From Gammaproteobacteria bacterium (GTDB lineage Bacteria; Pseudomonadota; Gammaproteobacteria; Steroidobacterales; Rariloculaceae): a stretch of 64,000 bases of DNA. The DNA lies in NCBI GenBank assembly GCA_022825505.1, contig JAJDWR010000063.1:161611-225610 (forward strand), written 5' to 3'. Under the pieces are notes generated by a model. It searched no databases. It saw nothing but the letters and a program-made list of their open reading frames with translations, and had not been told where the DNA came from. This document shows, one piece after another, positions 1 to 7,616 of this stretch. Each line of letters begins with the position of its first letter. The first letter of the stretch is position 1. The translations under genes and the position numbers were made by a program.

Positions 1-914
1 ACCTGCACATCTTTCGGGGCCTGCTCTACGGCTCCTACAAGAAGCCGCGGGAACTGGTCTGGATCTGCGGCATGTTCATCTACGTGTGCATGATGGCCGA
101 GGCGTTCTTCGGCTACCTGCTGCCCTGGGGCAACATGTCGTACTGGGGCGCCCAGGTCATCGTCTCGCTGTTCGGAGCGTTGCCGGTGGTCGGCGAGGCG
201 CTGGCGGAATGGATTCGCGGCGACTACTACATTTCCGACATCACCCTCAATCGCTTCTTTGCGTTCCACGTAATCGCCGTGCCGCTGATGCTGGTCTTCC
301 TGGTGGTGGTGCACATCATGGCCCTGCACGAGGTGGGCTCGAACAACCCCGACGGCATCGAAATCAAGGACCACAAGGACGAAAGCGGCAAGCCCGTCGA
401 CGGCGTCGCCTTTCACCCGTATCACACCAGCAAGGACCTGGTGATCATCACCGTGTTCCTGATCGTATTCGCCTTCGTGGTGTTTTTCGTTCCGGACATG
501 GGCGGGCTGTTCCTGGAATACGCCAATTTCGAGCCGGCCAACGTGTTGCAGACGCCTGAGCATATCGCCCCTGTGTGGTACTTCACACCGTTCTACGCCA
601 TTCTCAGGGCGGTACCTTACAAGCTGCTGGGTGTGATATTGATGGGTCTGGCGGTGCTGCTGCCGTTCTTCCTGCCGTGGCTGGACCGCTGCCCCGTCAA
701 GTCCATCCGTTACCGGGGCTGGATCTACAAGGTGGCGCTGGCCGGCTTCGCGATCAGCTTCCTGGTGCTGGGCTACCTTGGGCTGCAGCCTGTCTCCGAC
801 ACCTACACGCTGCTGTGCCGCCTGTTCGCCATACCCTATTTCGGCTTCTTCCTGCTGATGCCGCTGTATACGTCGTGGGAGAAACCCAGGCCGGTTCCGG
901 AGCGGGTTCGATGA
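1..914 (+). CDS. petB: cytochrome b subunit of cytochrome bc1 complex (5' end lies outside the window; first full codon at nt 3)
   Basis: Frame 3 is open from nt 3 (LHIFRGLLYGSYKKPRELVW...) and continues into the listed 72..914 ORF. It is a polytopic hydrophobic protein with EHIAPVWYFTPFYAILRA, typical of the C-terminal half of bacterial cytochrome b. The stop overlaps the next start (ATGA at 911-914). Confidence 0.9.
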   Translation, partial: LHIFRGLLYGSYKKPRELVWICGMFIYVCMMAEAFFGYLLPWGNMSYWGAQVIVSLFGALPVVGEALAEWIRGDYYISDITLNRFFAFHVIAVPLMLVFLVVVHIMALHEVGSNNPDGIEIKDHKDESGKPVDGVAFHPYHTSKDLVIITVFLIVFAFVVFFVPDMGGLFLEYANFEPANVLQTPEHIAPVWYFTPFYAILRAVPYKLLGVILMGLAVLLPFFLPWLDRCPVKSIRYRGWIYKVALAGFAISFLVLGYLGLQPVSDTYTLLCRLFAIPYFGFFLLMPLYTSWEKPRPVPERVR

Positions 915-1660
915 TGGTTCGCCGAGTCATCGCGGGTCTGTTGCTTGCCGCCAGTGCCGCATCCTGGGGCCAGGATCACGGTGCAGACGTTGCAGAGCTG
1001 ATGCCCGCGAACAACGACATCGGAGACATTGCCTCGCTGCAACGGGGCGCCAGGTATTTCGTGAACTACTGTCTGGGGTGCCATTCGGCGCAGTATGTTC
1101 GCTACAACCGGCTCGGCGAGGATCTTGGCCTCACCGATGCGCAGGTGCTCGAGAACCTGATGTTCGGCGCGGGGCAACTGCACGACACCATGATCAGCAG
1201 CATGCGCCCGGAGGACGGTGCGCTATGGTTCGGTGTCGCGCCTCCCGACCTTTCCCTGATCGCCCGCAGCCGTGGCGTCGATTACTTGTACAATTACATG
1301 CGGGGCTTCTACTCCGACCCGTCCAGGCCCACGGGCTCGAACAACCTGTGGCTCGAAAATACGGCGATGCCGGATGTGCTCTGGGAAATGGGCGGCACCC
1401 GGTCGGCGGTCTTCTCCGAGCATGACGAGGACGGGGTGGTCACGCGCACGCTGGACCACTTCGAAGTGATCCGCGAGGGGTCCGTGAGCGAAGAAGAATA
1501 TGACCAGGTCATTCGCGATATCACCAACTTCCTGGAGTACATCGGCGAACCGATTCAACTGGAGCGGCGCGCGCTGGGCGTTCGGGTCATCGCGTTTCTG
1601 TTAATCTTCCTGGTGATTTCGTACATGCTGAAACGGGAAATCTGGAGGGGCGTTCACTAG
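911..1660 (+). CDS. petC: cytochrome c1 subunit of cytochrome bc1 complex
   Basis: An in-frame ATG at 911 inside ORF 575..1660 gives the signal peptide MMVRRVIAGLLLAASAASWG. There is one heme-binding CLGCH motif and a C-terminal anchor VIAFLLIFLVISYML. It directly follows petB as in petABC operons. Confidence 0.85.
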   Translation: MMVRRVIAGLLLAASAASWGQDHGADVAELMPANNDIGDIASLQRGARYFVNYCLGCHSAQYVRYNRLGEDLGLTDAQVLENLMFGAGQLHDTMISSMRPEDGALWFGVAPPDLSLIARSRGVDYLYNYMRGFYSDPSRPTGSNNLWLENTAMPDVLWEMGGTRSAVFSEHDEDGVVTRTLDHFEVIREGSVSEEEYDQVIRDITNFLEYIGEPIQLERRALGVRVIAFLLIFLVISYMLKREIWRGVH

Positions 1661-1747
1661 TGCACTATCAGTTGGATAGAGCACTTGGCCTGTTTTCAGG
1701 TCCCGGCCCGCTTTTCAGCCACATTCCATGCCGAAAGGGAGCCGTGC

Positions 1748-2377
1748 TTGACTGTAATTGCTAATCGCCGCTCTGTAATGACCCTGTTTTCCGATCCCAC
1801 CGATCCGTGGAGTCATCGTACGCGCCTGGTGCTTGCCGAGAAGAGCGTCAACATCGATTACATCGATGTGCAGCATGGCAACCTTCCGGAGGATCTGCTC
1901 GACCTGAATCCCTACAACAGCGTACCGACGCTGGTGGACCGGGAATTGGTCCTCTACGACTCGCGCGTGATCGTGGAGTACCTTGACGAGCGCTTTCCCC
2001 ATCCGCCGCTGATGCCGGTGGACCCGGTGACGCGCGCCCAGTACCGCCTCTACCTCTACCGGATCGAACGGGACTGGTACTCGGAGGCGGACAAGATCGT
2101 CTCGAGCGGGGACCGAAAGGCCGTGACCCGGGCCCGCAAGGCATTGCGCGACAGCATTGTCTCCACTGCGGAGATTTTCGCTGCCAGGAAGTTCTTTCTC
2201 AGCGACGAGTTCTCGCTGGTCGACTGCAGCATCGCACCCGTGTTCTGGCGGCTGCCGGTGTTCGAGATCGAATTGCCCGCACAGGCGCGGCCGATCCTGC
2301 GCTACATGGATACGGTATTCTCGAGACCGTCGTTCCAGTTCAGTCTGACGGAACTCGAGCAGGAGATGCGGGAGTAG
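1748..2377 (+). CDS. sspA: stringent starvation protein A (GST-like RNA polymerase-associated protein)
   Basis: The translation (M)TVIANRRSVMTLFSDPTDPWSHRTRLVLAEKSVNIDYIDV closely parallels the E. coli SspA N-terminus MAVAANKRSVMTLFSG. The proposed TTG start at 1748 has GGGAG six nt upstream. ATG at 1778 is an alternative start. Location after petC is typical. Confidence 0.85.
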   Translation: MTVIANRRSVMTLFSDPTDPWSHRTRLVLAEKSVNIDYIDVQHGNLPEDLLDLNPYNSVPTLVDRELVLYDSRVIVEYLDERFPHPPLMPVDPVTRAQYRLYLYRIERDWYSEADKIVSSGDRKAVTRARKALRDSIVSTAEIFAARKFFLSDEFSLVDCSIAPVFWRLPVFEIELPAQARPILRYMDTVFSRPSFQFSLTELEQEMRE

Positions 2378-2393
2378 CCGAGAAGCCGAATCC

Positions 2394-3779
2394 ATGACCA
2401 CAAGACCCGAGCGTGGGCTTCGGGAGTTGGTTGCCGACCCCGAGCGAGCCGACTTCGACCTCCGGGGTCGGCGCACGGGCGCTACCGGCCGGCGCGGATT
2501 TCTCAAGGGCGCCGGTCTCGCGGCCATGGAAGGATTCCTTCGCGCCGCTGTTCCCCTGGCCCGTTACATGCCGGCGGGTCTCGTCCCGGTGCCGCTGGCG
2601 GGCGCCGGGCAATCTCCCGCGCTACCGGGCAAGTCCGAATTGGTCCTGTTGAACGATCGCCCGATCGGCGCGGAGTGCCCGGCGCACCTGCTGGACGATT
2701 CGATCACTCCCGTCGAACGCCTGTTTGTTCGCAATAACGGGGTGGCGCCTGCCGTTCCCCTGGCCGAGGCCGACGACTGGACCGTGGAAGTCGCCGGCGA
2801 AGCCTGTATCTCGCCGCGCACGTTCTCCGTGCGGGAACTGAAGACCGCATTCCGGACGTACACGTACCAATTGCAACTGGAGTGCGCGGGCAACGGGCGC
2901 AGCAGGTTCTTTCCTCCTGCCCCGGGCATGCAATGGACCACCGGGGCGATCGGTTGCCCCATGTGGACGGGCGTGCGCGTCCGCGACGTGCTGGAGCGTT
3001 GCGGTATCTCCGACAGCGCCGTCTACGTCGCGTTCGAAGGCGCCGACCGGCATCTTTCCGACCCGGACTCGCTGCCGATCTCCCGCGGGGTACCCATGCA
3101 CAAGGCCCTGGAGGACGAGTCGCTGCTGGCATGGGCGATCAACGGTCAGCCGCTTCCGGAATTGCACGGATTCCCGCTGCGCCTTGTATTCGGCGGCTGG
3201 CCCGGTTCGGCCTCCGGCAAGTGGGTCAGGCGGATACTGATCCGCGACCGCGTGCACGACGGCGAGAAAATGCTCGGCCAGTCCTATCGCGTGCCGTGCG
3301 AACCGGTTGCCCCCGGCGCCGATATCGCTGACGAGAACATGTGCATCATCGACGCCATGCCGGTGAAGTCGCTGATCACCTATCCGATGTCCGGAGCCGA
3401 ACACGCGATCGGAGAGCAGTTGCCCGTGCGGGGCCACGCGTGCCTGAACGGCAGCCGTATTGTCGAAACGCCGTGCCGGTGGGGGCAACCCCTGGATGTC
3501 CGCGGTCATGCCTGGGCCGGAGACGTGGAGGTCGCCGAGGTGCGAACCTCCATCGATTTCGGCGCGACCTGGCAGCGGTCGCTCCTGGAACCGCCGGCGA
3601 ATCGCCTGGCCTGGCAACGCTGGTCGACCCGCATCGGCTTTCCCGTTCGCGGCTACTACGAAATATGGGCGCGCGCCGTCGATGCCTACGGGCGCTCCCA
3701 GCCCATGATCGTGCCCGGCTGGAATCCGCGCGGGTACCTGAACAATGCCTGCCATCGCATCGCCGTGCGGGTCGTTTGA
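2394..3779 (+). CDS. sulfite-oxidase-family molybdopterin oxidoreductase (SorA-like sulfite dehydrogenase catalytic subunit), Tat-exported
   Basis: Twin-arginine motif GRRGFLKGAGLAAM. LECAGNGR carries the conserved Mo-ligand Cys context of the sulfite oxidase family. The C-terminal Ig-like dimerisation domain shows (VEVAEVRTSIDFGATW). Confidence 0.75.
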   Translation: MTTRPERGLRELVADPERADFDLRGRRTGATGRRGFLKGAGLAAMEGFLRAAVPLARYMPAGLVPVPLAGAGQSPALPGKSELVLLNDRPIGAECPAHLLDDSITPVERLFVRNNGVAPAVPLAEADDWTVEVAGEACISPRTFSVRELKTAFRTYTYQLQLECAGNGRSRFFPPAPGMQWTTGAIGCPMWTGVRVRDVLERCGISDSAVYVAFEGADRHLSDPDSLPISRGVPMHKALEDESLLAWAINGQPLPELHGFPLRLVFGGWPGSASGKWVRRILIRDRVHDGEKMLGQSYRVPCEPVAPGADIADENMCIIDAMPVKSLITYPMSGAEHAIGEQLPVRGHACLNGSRIVETPCRWGQPLDVRGHAWAGDVEVAEVRTSIDFGATWQRSLLEPPANRLAWQRWSTRIGFPVRGYYEIWARAVDAYGRSQPMIVPGWNPRGYLNNACHRIAVRVV

Positions 3780-3851
3780 GGGCAGGCCGGAAACCGCACA
3801 TATCGAATCGGCGGGCCGCCATGACCCCGGGAATCGCAGTACAATCGAGAT

Positions 3852-4952
3852 ATGCGCATTCATTCCCGATCTTCCGCCAGTACGGTTCGTCTGCACCCAC
3901 TGGCCAGTAAGCATTTGCAGGTGGTTCCGGGATTGCTGCTTGTGTGTCTGGTCGGCTGCGGTCTGTTCGGCGTCCGCGCACTGGCGCAGCAGGGGCCGGA
4001 TTGGCCGGATTGGGCGTATGGATTCACCGAACCGTTGTCCGGCGATTCGCTGGTGGCGCCACCGTGTCCGGACCGTTCGCGGGCCATCGACTGCGCCTAT
4101 CCTCCCGTTGAGGTTCCGGACGACGGCATCAAGCTGACCCTGCCCGGCACCGACCGGACGTTTACCCGCAACGAGGCCTGGTTCAACTACGGTCCTGCGG
4201 ACTGGTATCCCCAGGACCATCCGCCGATGCCCGCGGTCGTCGCCAACGGCAGGCAGGAAGACGGGTTGCGGCCGTGCGCGCTGTGCCACTTTCCCAACGG
4301 CCAGGGCAAGTCGGAGAACGGCCACGTCGCGGGGCTGCCGGTAGCTTATTTCGTGCAGCAGCTACAGGCGTTCGAGGATGGATTGCGACGCAGTGCCGAT
4401 CCGCGCAAGGCCAATACCAACGAAATGGCGATGATTGCCGCGGCACTGAGCGCGGAGGAGAAACAGGCCATCGCCGAGTATTACGGCTCGATGCCGTATC
4501 GGCAGATGGTTCGCGTCGTGGAAACGGATGAAGCCCCCCAGGTGCGATCGTCACGTAACGGCCTGATGTTGCCGCTGGAAGATCTTCCGCCGGTGCCGCT
4601 GGGGATGAGAATCGTCGAAGTGCCCGAGCACCCGGAGCACACCGAAATACAACGGGACCCTCGCGGCAAATTCGTCGCATACGTCCCGCGGGGCAGCCTG
4701 GCCGCGGGAGAGGAGCTGGTGATCACGGGCGGCGGCAAGACGGTTCAGTGCGGCATCTGTCACGGCCCCGACCAGCGGGGTGTCGGCGACATCCCCAGCA
4801 TCGCCGGTCGGACGGCCAGCTATACGTTGCGCCAGTTGTGGGATGTCAAGCAGGGATCGCGGGTGAGTCCGATCATGGCGCCCATCGTGACCAACCTGAC
4901 GGCCGAGGACATGTTGTACATCTCGGCGTATCTTGCATCGCTGGCGCCATGA
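3852..4952 (+). CDS. diheme c-type cytochrome, probable electron acceptor of the adjacent molybdoenzyme
   Basis: Two CxxCH motifs (CALCHFPNGQG and CGICHGPDQRG). The hydrophobic N-terminal export or lipoprotein-like segment is LLLVCLVGCGLFGVRALA. It lies 72 nt downstream of the Mo enzyme on the same strand. The start codon is uncertain. Confidence 0.7.
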   Translation: MRIHSRSSASTVRLHPLASKHLQVVPGLLLVCLVGCGLFGVRALAQQGPDWPDWAYGFTEPLSGDSLVAPPCPDRSRAIDCAYPPVEVPDDGIKLTLPGTDRTFTRNEAWFNYGPADWYPQDHPPMPAVVANGRQEDGLRPCALCHFPNGQGKSENGHVAGLPVAYFVQQLQAFEDGLRRSADPRKANTNEMAMIAAALSAEEKQAIAEYYGSMPYRQMVRVVETDEAPQVRSSRNGLMLPLEDLPPVPLGMRIVEVPEHPEHTEIQRDPRGKFVAYVPRGSLAAGEELVITGGGKTVQCGICHGPDQRGVGDIPSIAGRTASYTLRQLWDVKQGSRVSPIMAPIVTNLTAEDMLYISAYLASLAP

Positions 4953-5043
4953 TGTGATCTGCCGGGCTCCTGCCGGCCCGAATTGGAGTAAGATCAGGGA
5001 AACACCGCTTACGATCAGACGAAATAGAATAAGGAGAATTCCG

Positions 5044-6318
5044 GTGAAACCGATCAAGTCTTTCCCTGGCACCTTCGTTGCAGCGCTCATGTTCGCGTTC
5101 GGCACAGTTTCGTGCATGCAGGCTGAAGATCCGGTTCAGGAACAGGCTCCGGAGCCCGGCCAGGAACCGGCTGCGGAACCCGCACAGGATCCCGTCCAGG
5201 CCATGGACGAAAACGGCGCGCCGCTGTTCCAGGTCGATCCGTTCTGGCCGGGTCCGTTGCCGAATCGCTGGAGCATGCAGCAGGTCACCGGCATCCACGT
5301 GGACCACATGGATATCGTGTGGTTCCTGAACAGGCCCAATGGCGCCGAGGGTGACGAGATCGCCGGCGGCGTGGAAGAACCCTACCGGATGGCCTGTTGC
5401 ACCAAGAGCCCGGAAGTGATCGCGATGGATGTGGACGCAAACGTTGTTCACGCCTGGGGCGATGCGGATCATCATCCCAACTGGCCGGCGAGTTTGCAGA
5501 CAGTCATCGCGGACCGTGACGGCTTTGTCTGGGTCGGCGGCCTGGCCCCGCAGGACAGCATTCTCAAGTTCACCCGCGAGGGCGAGTTCGTGTGGGATTT
5601 CGGCCGGCGCCCGCCGGAAGGCGTGCAGATGGAAGAGGACAACGCCGAAACCGAGGTGCTGACCCAGAAGGGACGCTTCCAGCTCGACCAGGACGAGCGC
5701 GAGATCTACATCATCAACTGGAAGCGGGTGCTGGTCTACGACATGGATACCGGCGACTTCAAGCGCGGCTGGGGCGGGCACGGCATGCCGCTGGAAGAGA
5801 TCACGAACGACCCGATCCCGCCGTACGAGTGGGACGGAACCCGTCCCCCCGAAGAACCGAACTTCGTACCGGCGATGCACTTCATCGAGATATCCGACGA
5901 CGGGCTGGTCTACGTGGGCGAGCGGGGCCAGAATCGTATCCAGGTCTTCCAGAAGGACGGTACCTGGGTGCAGGACATCTACGTGGCCGAATGGACACCG
6001 GCCGAACGGCTGGGCCCGACCCAGTGCGCCGGTGTCTCTACCCGCAAGGAACTGCCCGTCTGCGGCGTCATGTACAAGATGGCGATTTCGAAGGATCCGG
6101 AGCAGAATTACCTGTATGTCGCCGACTCCGGCAACTCCAGCGTATGGATCGTGAACCGTCTCAGCGGCGAGACGCTGGGTTCGTTCGGCGGCAACGGCCG
6201 TTACGCGGGCCAGTTGCACTGGATCAACGCGATTGCGACCGATTCGCTCGGCAACATCTACACTGGGGAGGTGGAACACGCCAAGCGCATCCAGAAATTC
6301 GAACCCGTTTGGCAGTGA
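5044..6318 (+). CDS. NHL-repeat beta-propeller protein, probable lipoprotein
   Basis: GTG at 5044 is preceded by AAGGAG (5031-5036). The signal is (M)KPIKSFPGTFVAALMFAFGTVSC, followed by a Pro/Glu-rich linker. C-terminal NHL-type repeats include YLYVADSGNSSVWIVNR and DSLGNIYTGEVEHAKRIQKF. Confidence 0.55.
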   Translation: MKPIKSFPGTFVAALMFAFGTVSCMQAEDPVQEQAPEPGQEPAAEPAQDPVQAMDENGAPLFQVDPFWPGPLPNRWSMQQVTGIHVDHMDIVWFLNRPNGAEGDEIAGGVEEPYRMACCTKSPEVIAMDVDANVVHAWGDADHHPNWPASLQTVIADRDGFVWVGGLAPQDSILKFTREGEFVWDFGRRPPEGVQMEEDNAETEVLTQKGRFQLDQDEREIYIINWKRVLVYDMDTGDFKRGWGGHGMPLEEITNDPIPPYEWDGTRPPEEPNFVPAMHFIEISDDGLVYVGERGQNRIQVFQKDGTWVQDIYVAEWTPAERLGPTQCAGVSTRKELPVCGVMYKMAISKDPEQNYLYVADSGNSSVWIVNRLSGETLGSFGGNGRYAGQLHWINAIATDSLGNIYTGEVEHAKRIQKFEPVWQ

Positions 6319-6419
6319 CTCGGCAAATTCGGCGGGGCAACTGACCTGCGCGGAGACTGACCAGCGCGGCGGGACAAAGCGTTCGGCGGCTGCGGACAGG
6401 CGGATAGAGGGGGATTGAC

Positions 6420-7469
6420 ATGAGATTGACAGGAAACGCGTTGCTGTTTGCCATCGCGCTCGGCGCCCCGGGCGCCCTGGCGCACCATGGTCCGGTCACC
6501 AACGCTGCGCTCTACCTGACAGATGAAGTGGTGGAGCTGCAGGGCGAATTGACGGAGGTGCTTTGGCGCAACCCGCATCTCCGCGGCCGTGTCGCCGTGA
6601 CGGGTGATGATGGTCGGGAGACGATCTGGGAAGTGGAGCTTGGCCCTGCGCCTCGCTCGTTCGAGCGCCGGGGCCTTTCCCCCGAGGATTTTCTCGGAGA
6701 TGTCAGGATCGCGGGTTTCGTTTCGCGCCATGGCTCGAACGCATTGGGAGCGCTCCATGTGCTGTTGCCAAGCGGCGAAGAGCTCGTGCAGGGCAATCGC
6801 ACGCCACGCTGGTCGAACGAACGGGTCGCCGACGCGCCGCCGGAAACCATCGATCCGGCGCTGATCGCGGAGGCCCGGCGGACGGCGGACGGGATTTTCC
6901 GGACATGGGGAAGACGGCAGGGCACAAACATCGAGCCCCAGCTCAGGGAGTACGAGCTCACCGAACGCGGCCGGGAGTTGAACGCTGCCTACGACGCGGT
7001 GTTGCACAACATCGAGGTTCTCGAATGCCGCCAGGGCATGCCCGATGCCATGTTCGACCCGGTGACCATGGAAATCACCGATGAGGGCGATCGCATCGTC
7101 ATCCACATCGCGGAGTACAACACCCGGCGCATCATCCACATGGAGGGGTCAGCGGGCGCCGCCGAACCCGTTGCCGGCGCCACCGGGCATTCGATCGGGC
7201 GATGGGACGGCAACGACCTGGTCATCGCGACGACCCATATCGACTGGCCCTACTACTCCGAACTCGGCACGCCGCAGTCCGATCAGGCGAGCTATGAGGA
7301 GAGGCTTTCGCTGGCGGAAGGCGGAAACCGGCTGAACTACACGAACACGATCACCGATCCCGTTGTCTTCCCCGGACCCGTAACCCTGGAGTCGTACCGG
7401 CTGTGGACGCCCGGCGTCCGGATACCGCCGTTCAATTGCGTACTCGAGTGGGAGGACGCGGCGAACTGA
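6420..7469 (+). CDS. secreted hypothetical protein, N-terminal DUF6152-like domain
   Basis: The signal peptide MRLTGNALLFAIALGAPGALA is followed by HHGPV...VELQGELTEVLWRNPH. From memory this matches the start of the DUF6152 family. The C-terminal ~220 aa is unassigned. Confidence 0.45.
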   Translation: MRLTGNALLFAIALGAPGALAHHGPVTNAALYLTDEVVELQGELTEVLWRNPHLRGRVAVTGDDGRETIWEVELGPAPRSFERRGLSPEDFLGDVRIAGFVSRHGSNALGALHVLLPSGEELVQGNRTPRWSNERVADAPPETIDPALIAEARRTADGIFRTWGRRQGTNIEPQLREYELTERGRELNAAYDAVLHNIEVLECRQGMPDAMFDPVTMEITDEGDRIVIHIAEYNTRRIIHMEGSAGAAEPVAGATGHSIGRWDGNDLVIATTHIDWPYYSELGTPQSDQASYEERLSLAEGGNRLNYTNTITDPVVFPGPVTLESYRLWTPGVRIPPFNCVLEWEDAAN

Positions 7470-7565
7470 GGGCTGTCACCGGCCGGTAAACTCGCCGGTC
7501 GATCGGCCGTCTTCGGCCAGCCGGTCTTCCGGCCCATGCAGGGGGACTCTTGCCACGGGCTGCCA

Positions 7566-7616
7566 GGGCCTGTTGACGCTATCCGAGACGCCATCCCGGA
7601 TAGCATCAACAGGCCC
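7566..7616. terminator. long near-perfect inverted repeat (20-bp arms, 11-nt loop) between convergent genes; possible bidirectional terminator or RNA stability element
   Basis: Left arm GGGCCTGTTGACGCTATCCG (7566-7585) pairs with right arm CGGATAGCATCAACAGGCCC (7597-7616). They match at 19 of 20 positions. The repeat abuts the stop codon of the minus-strand gene at 7617. No clear U-tract on either strand. Confidence 0.4.
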
